From: a virus | IMG/VR virus record: IMGVR_UViG_3300047470_000212 | Location: 1-64,000 of that record | Direction: 5' to 3' (one strand) | DNA: 64,000 bases | Shown here: positions 26,688 through 35,651 of the stretch, piece after piece | Layout: each line of letters starts with the position of its first letter | Numbering within the stretch: the first letter of the stretch is position 1 | The notes under the pieces: model-generated | The model's input: the letters and a program-made list of their open reading frames with translations, nothing else | What the model was told of the DNA's origin: nothing | Databases searched by the model: none | Position numbers and translations under genes: made by a program

Positions 26688-27536
26688 TCAGTGCTCGTGC
26701 TCGTGCTCGAACAGGCCCGTGTTGTGCTCGTTCACGTGCCCGTAGAAGCCTTCGCGGGCGGCGTAGTTCGGGCTGTATCCGTGGTGCTCGACCATGTGCT
26801 GGACGATGTCCTCTTGCGGGGTCTTCTTCTTGATCTTCGGCATCGGCTGGGCCTTGAACTGGTCCAGGTTGAGCACGTGGGCACCGACGTGGGTGTCTCC
26901 CCGGCCCCGGGCTTCTGCGAGGCGGTGGTGCGCGTCAGCGACGTACGGCGTACCGCCCTGGACGACGACCTTGACGTGCGGGTGCTCAGGGTCGAGCGGG
27001 CCGGTGATGTAGGAGTGTGACCCCGTCTCGTGCTCGGTCTGGCCGGTATGAAGCACCGCGCTGGTGCTGATGCTCTGGAACTTGGCGTGCTTGTCCCAGA
27101 AGGCCGCGTTGCCGTCGGACATCTGCGGGCCGTGCTTCTCGTACCACTGGTCGTCGATCTTGGTGTCGACGACGTTTCCGTGACCGTCCAGATGCCCGAA
27201 CTGCTGCGGGTTGTGGGGAGGACCCATCACCATCTGCCCACGGGACTGCGGGTAGTTGGTGCGCTCCTCGGCATGGCGATCCGTCTCGTCGCGGGCTGCG
27301 CCGATCGAGGTGACCTTGGTGAACATCCCGCCGCTGTGAGGCGTGGGATGCCCGATATGAAGTGCGCCGGGTTTGGCCTGCAAGTGCAGCGGGGTGTCCC
27401 GGGTCAGGTGGTACTTCGCCCGCAGAGCGGTCTGCTTCTGTCCTTGGGCGGATACCTTGCTGCCCAGAGGCACCGGGATCGTGGTCTGCTCGAACTGCGG
27501 ACCGGCTGCATCCGGCTTACGACTTGGAAGGGCCAT
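26688..27536 (-). CDS. protein with ParB/sulfiredoxin-like domain, His-rich
   Basis: PHVKVVVQGGTPYVADAHHRLAEARGRG resembles the ParB-N DGHHR motif. Confidence 0.55.
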   Translation of the reverse strand: MALPSRKPDAAGPQFEQTTIPVPLGSKVSAQGQKQTALRAKYHLTRDTPLHLQAKPGALHIGHPTPHSGGMFTKVTSIGAARDETDRHAEERTNYPQSRGQMVMGPPHNPQQFGHLDGHGNVVDTKIDDQWYEKHGPQMSDGNAAFWDKHAKFQSISTSAVLHTGQTEHETGSHSYITGPLDPEHPHVKVVVQGGTPYVADAHHRLAEARGRGDTHVGAHVLNLDQFKAQPMPKIKKKTPQEDIVQHMVEHHGYSPNYAAREGFYGHVNEHNTGLFEHEHEH

Positions 27537-28528
27537 CACGGTCTCCTGTAGGGGGTGTTCCAAAGGGCTGCCTTGGCCAGTGCCGTGGCAGCGTCATCGA
27601 GGGGTGCCCCGTACAGGTCCGTCTGCTGCGCCTTGCGGGCCTCGGTGTCCATCGTTGCCAGGGTGTTGAGGGCCTGGACGGTCCCTGCCTCCTTGTGCGC
27701 CTGCCAGCGATAGTTGTAGAAGTCGCTGTAGCCGTCGCCGGTCTGGGAGAAGGCGTTTCGGCGGGACAGGTGGATGTCGTCGAAGAGGGCCTTGGCCTGC
27801 TCGACGACGATCTTCTGGCTGTCCATGGCGTTCTTCCAGGCCGGACTGTTCTCGACGGTCTGGGCGCTCTGGGAGCGCAGGAGGTTGTAGCGGTCGACGA
27901 GCACGCTGGCGTGCTTCTGCTCGTCCTCGATGGTCTTGTGCCACTCGGCCGGGTAGAGGCTGCGCGGGTCGTCCGGCAGCTCGGGCGGAGTGATGTCCCA
28001 TCGGTCGGCGGTGAGGTTGTAGGCCGCGTACGGGTGGATGGCCGCGATGCTGTGTGCGGTCGTGCCGGGGTTCAGGTAATACGTGACCTCGTAGGTCTGC
28101 CCGTGGAAATTGGTCTCGGCGGTGGTCGGCCAGAGACTCTTCTTCAGATCCGAGTTCAGCAGGTCGGCGAATTCCGACTCGGAGATTCCCTGATACGTGG
28201 GGTTGTCCTCGTAGAACTTCGGGAAGTCGAGTCCGAACAGGACGTCGAGGTCTCCGTTTCCACGGTCTCCGGCCCACTGGTAGGAAATACCGGAACCGGC
28301 CAGCCACGCGGCGGACCAGGAACGGGCGCCCTTGTAGCGGGAGTCCAGGAAGTTGTTCAGGATCCCGAGGATGTGGTCGCGCACGTCGGGCTTGATGTGC
28401 TTCCCGTCGAAGATGTGCGGGTCCAGTCCACGCTGGGGCGCGCTGAAATAGCCGGAGGCGCCCGTGTGAATGTCGGGCTGTGCTCCCTGGCTCACTGCTC
28501 GATTGAGGTAGAACTCGTATCCGGCCAT
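27536..28528 (-). CDS. nucleotidyltransferase-superfamily protein
   Basis: WLAGSGISYQW...GDLDVLF = GS...DxD Pol-beta motif. Confidence 0.65.
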   Translation of the reverse strand: MAGYEFYLNRAVSQGAQPDIHTGASGYFSAPQRGLDPHIFDGKHIKPDVRDHILGILNNFLDSRYKGARSWSAAWLAGSGISYQWAGDRGNGDLDVLFGLDFPKFYEDNPTYQGISESEFADLLNSDLKKSLWPTTAETNFHGQTYEVTYYLNPGTTAHSIAAIHPYAAYNLTADRWDITPPELPDDPRSLYPAEWHKTIEDEQKHASVLVDRYNLLRSQSAQTVENSPAWKNAMDSQKIVVEQAKALFDDIHLSRRNAFSQTGDGYSDFYNYRWQAHKEAGTVQALNTLATMDTEARKAQQTDLYGAPLDDAATALAKAALWNTPYRRP

Positions 28529-28552
28529 GATTTCGATTCTAGCGGGAAAGGG

Positions 28553-28589
28553 GAAAGCCCCCGATTCTGGATGCTAATCGGGGGCTTTC
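28553..28589 (-). terminator. stem-loop terminator
   Basis: GAAAGCCCCCGATT...AATCGGGGGCTTTC, perfect 14-bp stem. Confidence 0.7.
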
Positions 28590-28602
28590 TAGTTGCTATT
28601 TC

Positions 28603-28995
28603 TCAGAGTTTCAGAGAGGAGCGGATTTGGGCCTCCTGGGCCTGCCGCTGCATTGCCTGCCCGACCATCATCATCTGCTGCTGGGTGCGCTGGGCCGTCT
28701 CCATGACGGTGAGGTCCTTCTGCACCACGGCGACCGCCCCGTAGATGTCGTCAGGGGTGGCGCCGCGCCGGGGCACGAACTGCTGGGTCAGGTCGCTGGT
28801 GGCGATGACCGCGCCGTCCAGGCCGATGGCGACGATGAACGCGGTGGTGCAGGGGGTGCCGATCTCGTCCTCGCCGGGCGGGTTCTCGTCCGCCATCTTG
28901 GCCAGGGCCTCACGCTGCTCGGGCGTGAGGTCGTCGGTATGAAGCGCGTCGGTGTTGGCGGTACTGGGGGTCTGGCCGAGGATCGGGATGCTCAT
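28603..28995 (-). CDS. hypothetical protein
   Basis: MSIPILG start after GGAG. Confidence 0.65.
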   Translation of the reverse strand: MSIPILGQTPSTANTDALHTDDLTPEQREALAKMADENPPGEDEIGTPCTTAFIVAIGLDGAVIATSDLTQQFVPRRGATPDDIYGAVAVVQKDLTVMETAQRTQQQMMMVGQAMQRQAQEAQIRSSLKL

Positions 28996-29023
28996 GAGTG
29001 CTCCAGGTGTGTGTCGGTTGGGG

Positions 29024-29509
29024 TTACTTGTAGAGTCCGGCCTTCTCGCGTGCGGACTGCACGACGAGGGAGTGGACCGGGCAGAACTCGCAGAGGTAGC
29101 GGTCCTGGGCGGACTTGTATCGCGGAAGGCCTGCCGCCTTGCGCTCAGCCGCCGTGTCGGGCGTGAGCCGCTTGGAGCCGGTCTTGTAGTCACTGCATCC
29201 GGGGTTGCGGGCGTGAGCCTTCCAGCAGGCGTGGGCGTCTTCCTGGAAGGTGTTCTTCGCCGCGTAGAACGTCGGGTCGAGGCCCGTGTGGCCGGTCTTG
29301 TCACGGATCTGGGCGATGATCGCGTCCCGGGTGCTGGGGCTGTCCCAGTGCTTCTTCTCCACACGCAGCATCGGGTGCGCGATGTGGTTGGGGTGCTTCT
29401 GGACCAGCGCTTCCAGGAGGAAGTCGTTGCGGGGGTCGCCCTCGTAGTCGGGCAGTTCCTCCATGGATCCGCACGTCTTGCAGAGCAGGAGCCGTATTTG
29501 CTCGGCCAT
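29024..29509 (-). CDS. hypothetical Zn-binding protein
   Basis: CKTC...CEFC; GAAGGA RBS. Confidence 0.65.
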   Translation of the reverse strand: MAEQIRLLLCKTCGSMEELPDYEGDPRNDFLLEALVQKHPNHIAHPMLRVEKKHWDSPSTRDAIIAQIRDKTGHTGLDPTFYAAKNTFQEDAHACWKAHARNPGCSDYKTGSKRLTPDTAAERKAAGLPRYKSAQDRYLCEFCPVHSLVVQSAREKAGLYK

Positions 29510-29611
29510 GTTGTCCTTCCGGATCAGTACCAGGTGGTGTCGTTCGTGTCCTATGAACGTAGCATCCCCACTACGCATTTGGAAGCCGTAGTGGGGATGA
29601 CGTAGTTCAGA

Positions 29612-30484
29612 TCACTTCTTGATGGTGAACAGGCCGCTGTCCTTGGCCAACTTCGTCAGGGACTCCAGGCCCGGCGCACCCTTCGCGTCGTCACCCCGGT
29701 AGCCCTTCTTGGCCCGGTACAGGTTGTAGGCGGTGTCGGTCTTGGTGCCCCACGAGCCGTCCACCCACCGCGCGTCCAGGTAGCCCAGAGCCGACAGCGC
29801 GTGCTCGACGAGCGAGACGTCCGCCTTGTGGGTCACGTGACCGGTGGCCGCCGGGAGGTCCTTCTTCCGGGCCTCCACCACGTTGGAGAGGTCGACGACC
29901 GGCTTCGGCTTCGGGGCAGGCTTCACAGGAGGCTTCGGGGCGGCCGGAGTGGCCGGGGTATGAAGCGAAGGGTTCTGCGACTTCCACGCCGGGTCGGCCG
30001 ACTCGATGCCGCCGTCGTAGAGCGGGTACCCGTAGCCGTAGACGTGCGGGTCGGTGCGGAGATGCGTCTTGGAGTAGACACCGTCTCCCTCTGGCGAACC
30101 GTTGGCGTTCGTGTTTCCTTCTACTGAGAACACGTGAGTCGCGTCGAATCCGATGACGACGCCGGTATGCGTACCACCACCCGGCCCGTAGAAGATCTGG
30201 GCGCCGATGGCGGGGTAGGCGGAGAAACGCTTCCGGGCCTTGAACCAGGAAACTCCGGTCGCGCACGAGGCGGTAACCGGGTAGGAACCCTTCGGGAGGC
30301 CAGCCGTCTGGAAGGCCCACGCCGCGAATACAGCGCACCAGGCGCCCTCGACGTTGTCGACCCATTCCAGGCCGGGGACGAGATCGGCGTACTTCTCGTG
30401 GTTGTTCCAGTGGCCGCCGGAAAAGCCCTCGTGGTATCCGACCTCGGCCTTTACGACCTTGGCGAGAGTATCGGTGATCGACAT
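29612..30484 (-). CDS. endolysin (CHAP domain plus peptidoglycan-binding domain)
   Basis: AWCAVF, HTGVV, SVEGNT catalytic motifs; Pro/Lys linker; VDGSWGTKT PG-binding motif. Confidence 0.85.
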   Translation of the reverse strand: MSITDTLAKVVKAEVGYHEGFSGGHWNNHEKYADLVPGLEWVDNVEGAWCAVFAAWAFQTAGLPKGSYPVTASCATGVSWFKARKRFSAYPAIGAQIFYGPGGGTHTGVVIGFDATHVFSVEGNTNANGSPEGDGVYSKTHLRTDPHVYGYGYPLYDGGIESADPAWKSQNPSLHTPATPAAPKPPVKPAPKPKPVVDLSNVVEARKKDLPAATGHVTHKADVSLVEHALSALGYLDARWVDGSWGTKTDTAYNLYRAKKGYRGDDAKGAPGLESLTKLAKDSGLFTIKK

Positions 30485-30486
30485 GC

Positions 30487-30735
30487 TCAGAATCCTGCCT
30501 GCGATGGGGGCGTCTGTACGAAATTGGGGGTGTGAACCGGCTGGCCGTCGGGACGAATCTTGATCTCGTCCTCGTGCCGCCCGTACCACACGTCGTTAAG
30601 GTCGATGCGGGCGCGGGTTGTCGCAGAAGTCGTAACACCGAGACCACCACGGTCGACGATGATCTTCTTGTACTTGCCGTCCGTGGCGCCCTCATTGAGT
30701 TCGGCGTTCATGGACCGGGGAGTGGCGTGTGCCAT
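30487..30735 (-). CDS. hypothetical protein
   Basis: 82 aa, coupled ORF. Confidence 0.55.
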   Translation of the reverse strand: MAHATPRSMNAELNEGATDGKYKKIIVDRGGLGVTTSATTRARIDLNDVWYGRHEDEIKIRPDGQPVHTPNFVQTPPSQAGF

Positions 30736-30899
30736 TACTTCGCTCTCTTTCCGTTTCCGTTCGCGCCGCGCCGGTCATTGAAGATGGCCAGGGGTCGGGC
30801 CGCACCGGTAGAGGCCTCGCGGACGGTACGCAGGTTGTTATCGGACATACCGGAACGCCGCTTGTCGTCGGCGCGATGTGGCTTTCTGTGCTTGGCCAT
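30735..30899 (-). CDS. small basic protein
   Basis: Hand-translated MAKHRKPHRADDKRR...KRAK*; overlaps both neighbours by 1 nt. Confidence 0.5.
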   Translation of the reverse strand: MAKHRKPHRADDKRRSGMSDNNLRTVREASTGAARPLAIFNDRRGANGNGKRAK

Positions 30900-31192
30900 T
30901 AGAAGCCCCCAATGGTTGGCCTTGAACTTCCAGAATAGCCGCCGATACTGCCCACTCCGTTAGTCGGAGCAGGGAACTGGCTATTCACCTGGAGCACGTC
31001 CTGGATTCCCAGTTCCGTGGTCCTGTATCCGTACTTCGGAGGAAACAAAGGACGGACGACCGGGGGCGGCGGGGCCTGGAGAGAAAGCACGTCGCCCGGA
31101 ATATCAGCAACGCCGAGCGCGTCCGTGAGAATCCGCTCTGGAAGAGAGGCCCACGGACGCGTCCGGTCGTAGATCGAATCTGCCTGCTGCAT
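30899..31192 (-). CDS. hypothetical protein
   Basis: 97 aa ORF. Confidence 0.55.
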   Translation of the reverse strand: MQQADSIYDRTRPWASLPERILTDALGVADIPGDVLSLQAPPPPVVRPLFPPKYGYRTTELGIQDVLQVNSQFPAPTNGVGSIGGYSGSSRPTIGGF

Positions 31193-31195
31193 CGG

Positions 31196-32452
31196 TTAGA
31201 ACAACTTCTGCTGGCCCGGGTGGACCTCGGTATGAAGCCCGTTCTTGCCGTAGGTGTTCAGGCTGTTGTCGTGGTTGTCGCCCCGGCGCCGCTTCTCCTC
31301 GGACCACTGGGCCGACTGCATGTTGGTGAGGGAGTTGAGTCCTCGCTCCTGCATGACGTTGCGGGCCACGTGGTCGTGGAAGGCGTGGATGCCCTTGATG
31401 CCCATGTAGGCCTGCTGGGATCCGGAGCCCTTCTTGTCCTCCAGGTGCGGAGCGAACGCGCCACCGCCGGAGTGTGTGTCGGACACCCAGAACTGCGAAG
31501 AGCCGTGAGGGTCCACCCAGGAGTTGTGATAGGCGGAGACCTTCTCACCGGCCGTTGGCTTCCAGGCGTCGGACAACTGCTTGCCGTTGAGGACCTGGTG
31601 CGTGACGTCGACCGCGAGGGCGTGGTTACGGGGGTAACCGTTGGCGGGGTAGGCCCGGGTGTCGCCTTCCTTCTTCACCAGTTCCGTGGACTTCTTGCCT
31701 GCCTTCGAGGTGACGGTCTTCTCGACCTTGTCCTCGCGCGGGACGTAGTAGTCCTTGTGGTACTGGTAGTCGGCGCCGGTCTTGCCGGACTTGGCCCACT
31801 GAATCGCGTGGCTCGCTGCCTGGTCGTTGGGGTAGACCGCCTTGCCCGTCACCTTGTCCGGCCGCACGAAGACGTTCTGCGGGGACGTGATGGCGTTCGC
31901 AGCAGCCTGCACACCGAACGGGACTCCATTCTCCTTCGCCGACGTCTTCAGACGTGCACGCGGGCTCAGGGAGCCGTCGCGGGTGTGGTCCGAAGCCGGG
32001 CTGTAGAAGGAGTCATGGTGGCCGCCCTCGTGCGTGTAGGCGCGGTCGACCTGGGCTGCCAGAGCCTTGTGCGCGCTGTCGGGGGTGACACCGAACTTGG
32101 CCGCCGAGCGCAGCACGCGGGTCTGCTCGGCTGGGGTGTGGTCCTCCCACCTACGGTTGACCGGCATCATGTCCCGGGCGGGGTTCATGGTGTGCTGGCC
32201 GTGCCAGACGTTCGAGCCCTCGGGGCCCGCCAGTTCCATCTGTCCGTGGACGTTCGGGGACTTGTCGGTGTTGCCCATCAGCCGGTACGACTGCTTGGCG
32301 TTGCGACCGGCGCCGGGCTGGTCCTGGATGGTCTTGAACCGCTCGGGGTTGGCGGCCTCGTAGGACGCGCGCTTAAGCGAGGCGTCCTTGACGGTCTTGT
32401 TGTAGACGCGTGTATCGGCAGCCTTCTGTGCCGGTGTTTTCGCAGCAGCCAT
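31196..32452 (-). CDS. hypothetical protein, possible HhH-glycosylase-superfamily fold
   Basis: AITSPQN, KVSAY...P...WVSDTH and QSAQW motif spacing. Confidence 0.55.
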   Translation of the reverse strand: MAAAKTPAQKAADTRVYNKTVKDASLKRASYEAANPERFKTIQDQPGAGRNAKQSYRLMGNTDKSPNVHGQMELAGPEGSNVWHGQHTMNPARDMMPVNRRWEDHTPAEQTRVLRSAAKFGVTPDSAHKALAAQVDRAYTHEGGHHDSFYSPASDHTRDGSLSPRARLKTSAKENGVPFGVQAAANAITSPQNVFVRPDKVTGKAVYPNDQAASHAIQWAKSGKTGADYQYHKDYYVPREDKVEKTVTSKAGKKSTELVKKEGDTRAYPANGYPRNHALAVDVTHQVLNGKQLSDAWKPTAGEKVSAYHNSWVDPHGSSQFWVSDTHSGGGAFAPHLEDKKGSGSQQAYMGIKGIHAFHDHVARNVMQERGLNSLTNMQSAQWSEEKRRRGDNHDNSLNTYGKNGLHTEVHPGQQKLF

Positions 32453-32456
32453 CGGG

Positions 32457-33014
32457 CTACCTCCACTGATCGGGGCTGTTGTATGGAGACGCCGAGGGGA
32501 GCAGCTTCTTCATCCGCTCGGAGCGCACTGGGTCGATGTCGGCCATGACCTCGGAGATGCCGTACTTCTGCTGGAGCGTGGCCATTTCAGACGGGGACAG
32601 GGCGTTGACCTTGCCGCCGTGGGCCAGGCGCTCGGTGACGTTGCCCTGCTGGGTCCACTTGAGGCCTCGGGCCTGGTAGACGAGTCCGGCCTGGGGGTTG
32701 ACCCCTCCGGCGTCGGGCCACATGTAGTCCCCGGCGTCGATCTTGTCTCCCTTGTGGACACCGCGTTGATAGCTGCGGTCGGTCAGGCGCTTCTGCACGC
32801 CCTGGAGCACTCGGTCCTGGCGCCGGTCATTGATGGTGCCGAGGTAGCCGTCGGGGTATTCCGCCGACGGGACGCGTCCGCCCATGGCAGCGCGCCGGGC
32901 GTCGAGTGAATCGCGGAAGGAGAGCGCATCTGTTCCGGCTCCTCCGTTCGCGCGCACTGGTGCGCCCGGCTGCCCAATTCCATATGGCGTGGCGTACTGC
33001 CAGTTGCTGGACAC
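32457..33014 (-). CDS. hypothetical protein
   Basis: 185 aa; AEYPDGYLGTI, RSYQRGVHKG. Confidence 0.65.
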   Translation of the reverse strand: MSSNWQYATPYGIGQPGAPVRANGGAGTDALSFRDSLDARRAAMGGRVPSAEYPDGYLGTINDRRQDRVLQGVQKRLTDRSYQRGVHKGDKIDAGDYMWPDAGGVNPQAGLVYQARGLKWTQQGNVTERLAHGGKVNALSPSEMATLQQKYGISEVMADIDPVRSERMKKLLPSASPYNSPDQWR

Positions 33015-33031
33015 TGCTGCCTACTTCTGGG

Positions 33032-33373
33032 TCAGAGCCCCTGTCGGTACTGGCGCCGGAGGTAGAAGTCGCGGTTTCCGATAGCGGAGGGGACCACGAC
33101 GGTGTTGCGCTGGACGAGGCCTGCCTCGGCCGCGTTCGCCTGGTAAAGGACTGCGGTCGGACGCAGGGATGCGCCGTTGCGCTCCAGGATGTTCGGTCGG
33201 TGGGTGGCGGTAGCCGCCTCCAGGAATCCGCCCTTGGCCTGGTTCTTCTTCGGGACGGACCGGCCCTTGATGGGCTTGGCCACATTCCCGACTCGGGACG
33301 CATCGGTTCCCATAGTCGGCCGCAGCGACGGGTCATTCGTCGTCACGGTGTTGTCGCTCTTGTTCTTCGCCAC
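33032..33373 (-). CDS. hypothetical protein
   Basis: GTG start after AAGGAG. Confidence 0.55.
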   Translation of the reverse strand: MAKNKSDNTVTTNDPSLRPTMGTDASRVGNVAKPIKGRSVPKKNQAKGGFLEAATATHRPNILERNGASLRPTAVLYQANAAEAGLVQRNTVVVPSAIGNRDFYLRRQYRQGL

Positions 33374-33383
33374 TTCTGGCTCC

Positions 33384-33662
33384 TTATCCGCCGATGGTTC
33401 GGTACGGGTTCTTGTCGATCCACAGCCGCTTGTCGTACGTCTGCGACGAGGAACCATTCGGGGAAGGGGCCGAGCCCCCGCCTATGCGCCTACGGTCGTA
33501 GTCGTTGCCGGACAGCCCATTGCTTGAGCCGCGCACCTGCGTCTCGTCAAAGACAGAGGTAGGCGTGAATCGCTGGGGCCGGATCGGCAGGGTCGACGGG
33601 TACTTTGTCTCCATTGCACCGGTCGAGAAGGATCCATTCCTTCCGTCCGTTACACCGTTCAT
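33384..33662 (-). CDS. hypothetical protein
   Basis: 92 aa, GGAGG RBS. Confidence 0.55.
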   Translation of the reverse strand: MNGVTDGRNGSFSTGAMETKYPSTLPIRPQRFTPTSVFDETQVRGSSNGLSGNDYDRRRIGGGSAPSPNGSSSQTYDKRLWIDKNPYRTIGG

Positions 33663-33720
33663 TTCGCCTCCACAGGATCATCCCCAGTGTAAAGACGGAA
33701 TGGCGGCGGATTAGAACTCA

Positions 33721-34020
33721 TCAGTGGACGAGGATCCGCAGCAGAAGCGCGCTGATTTCCCCGGCGTCGGGGGTGTTCACCGTGGTGAATCCGGGTCGGC
33801 AGTCGAGCACGATTCCCCGGGGCGCCACAAAACTGTTGGCGATGGCGATTGCCTTCATGGCCTGGTTTACTGCACCGGCACCGATGGCTCGCAGGGTGAC
33901 TCTCTTACCGTCATAGACGGCGTGCGAGATGGCGCTGGCAAGGCTGGCTGCGGACGAGGATGACTTGACCCGCAGGATGGCCTCGCTACTCGCGGACTCG
34001 TCGTCGAACTGAACTCCCAT
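33721..34020 (-). CDS. spoVS: SpoVS (stage V sporulation protein S) family protein
   Basis: ILRVKSSSSAASLASAI...AIGAGAVNQAMKAIAIA...CRPGF...EISAL matches the SpoVS signature. Confidence 0.85.
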   Translation of the reverse strand: MGVQFDDESASSEAILRVKSSSSAASLASAISHAVYDGKRVTLRAIGAGAVNQAMKAIAIANSFVAPRGIVLDCRPGFTTVNTPDAGEISALLLRILVH

Positions 34021-34143
34021 TAGTGTCTCCTGTTGCTCCGATTTGCGTCACATTTTGAGAATACGGAGCAGCAGGAATCTTGTGTTAATGACAACAGGCC
34101 CCGGGGCGTCGTCTCCACCCGGGGCCTGCTGCGCTATTAGTTG

Positions 34144-34551
34144 TTACTTCTGGGAGATCCAGCGTCCGATTTCCTGCGCCGGAGGCTTTTCGAGGTAGAC
34201 CTTGGCTCGGGTGAAGAACTCCGGGTCGTCCCGTGCGTGGCCGAGCAGGTCATTGCACGGCCGACATAGAAGTCCTCGAACCAGCAGAGTCTTGTGGTCA
34301 TGGTCGACGGACAGGCGCCGGGTGGCACCGGTTGCTCTGCGGCAGATTGCGCACCGGCCGCCCTGGGCCTCATACAGGGTGGTGTAGTCACCCTCACCGA
34401 GTCCGTAGGTGGTCTGTACGCGCTTCTCGTGCGCGGCCTTGCTTCGGCGCTTCTTCTCGTCGCGCCAGTGGGTGGCGCACCGGGGGCCGGGGTTGGGCGC
34501 TGGGCGCTTGCTCCCCGGCTCACAGTCCTTGCAGACCTTGGGGGTGGTCAC
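34144..34551 (-). CDS. endonuclease VII family protein
   Basis: YGL...QGGRCAIC...LSVDHDH...VRGLLCRPCNDLLG. Confidence 0.85.
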   Translation of the reverse strand: MTTPKVCKDCEPGSKRPAPNPGPRCATHWRDEKKRRSKAAHEKRVQTTYGLGEGDYTTLYEAQGGRCAICRRATGATRRLSVDHDHKTLLVRGLLCRPCNDLLGHARDDPEFFTRAKVYLEKPPAQEIGRWISQK

Positions 34552-35150
34552 GCGAGGGCCAGGATGTCCCTGACCTTGGTATGAAGGTCGGTCAGGTCGC
34601 CGTCGTTCTTGATGTGGGCGTCGAACCACTTGTCCGGGAGTTCCTTCTCCGACTTGTGGTCGTTGACCGCGCCGACGCCGGGCCGGGTGACCTTGATGAG
34701 CAGGCCGAGACGGCTGTCGATGGCGTGGTGCTCGTTCTCGAACCGCAGGTCGGTGAACACGTACTTCTTCTTGTCGTCCAGGTCCTTGAAGGCGGCGTTG
34801 ACCCACACGTCCTGGCTGATCATTTCCCGGCCGACCTCGGTACCCAGGACCTGGAGCATCCGGCGGATCTCCTCGTAGCGTCGCTTGGCATCCTCCCAGC
34901 CGATGTCGTCCACGATCTCCTGGAGGGACCAGGTACGGCCATCGGCATCGGAGAGGATGACGGGGTTGAGGACGTACAGGGCCTCGCGCAGGATGTCGGC
35001 GAAGGCGACGCGGTTGTATCCGTAGTCGGCCAGGATGCGGGCGACGGAGTCCTTACCGGCGCCCGGGTAGCCGTGGAGTCCGACGAACTGCGGAAGCCAG
35101 GCCTCAATGATGTCGGGGGCGTCGATGGTGTTGGTGGTGGCGGTGCTCAC
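34548..35150 (-). CDS. deoxynucleoside monophosphate kinase
   Basis: GLHGYPGAGKD P-loop, FADILR, RRMLQVLGTEVGR, TDLRFENE, HKSE. Confidence 0.85.
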   Translation of the reverse strand: MSTATTNTIDAPDIIEAWLPQFVGLHGYPGAGKDSVARILADYGYNRVAFADILREALYVLNPVILSDADGRTWSLQEIVDDIGWEDAKRRYEEIRRMLQVLGTEVGREMISQDVWVNAAFKDLDDKKKYVFTDLRFENEHHAIDSRLGLLIKVTRPGVGAVNDHKSEKELPDKWFDAHIKNDGDLTDLHTKVRDILALA

Positions 35151-35497
35151 TTGTTCTCTCCAGTGATGTTGCGGATGTGGTCGCGGACGAGGGGGATGTC
35201 CCAGAGCGCCTTGCGGGCGTTGTCCACGGTCGTGTTGCGCTTGTTCTCCAGGCGGACGAGGGTGTCGAACTGGCCCTTCCACGCGCCGGTCATCCAGTCC
35301 GTCTTCTCGATCAGCGGGGTGACTCTGCTGACCACTTCGAGGACCTGGTCCTCGGTCTCCTTGAGGCGCTTTCGCTCGGCTTCGAGTTCGGCGATCTTCT
35401 CGTCGAGTACGGCCCGGGTCTTGATCAGGCTGCAACCGGCGTATAGGACGAGCGCGCTGTAGACGGTGGCGCCGAAGACGAGGACGTAGTTGTTCAT
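35147..35497 (-). CDS. membrane-anchored coiled-coil protein
   Basis: N-terminal TM followed by a heptad-like region. Confidence 0.55.
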   Translation of the reverse strand: MNNYVLVFGATVYSALVLYAGCSLIKTRAVLDEKIAELEAERKRLKETEDQVLEVVSRVTPLIEKTDWMTGAWKGQFDTLVRLENKRNTTVDNARKALWDIPLVRDHIRNITGENK

Positions 35498-35651
35498 CGG
35501 TGCATCAAGCACCGGGCGGGCACATCCTTGACCGGCGCGAGTCCGTACCACGAGCAGGGTGCCGAGGCGCGGAACCAGATGCTTCCCAGCACGAGGGCGG
35601 CGAGGGCGGTGCCGACCAGGATGCCGAAGGCGGAGTCAGTGCGTCTGCTCA

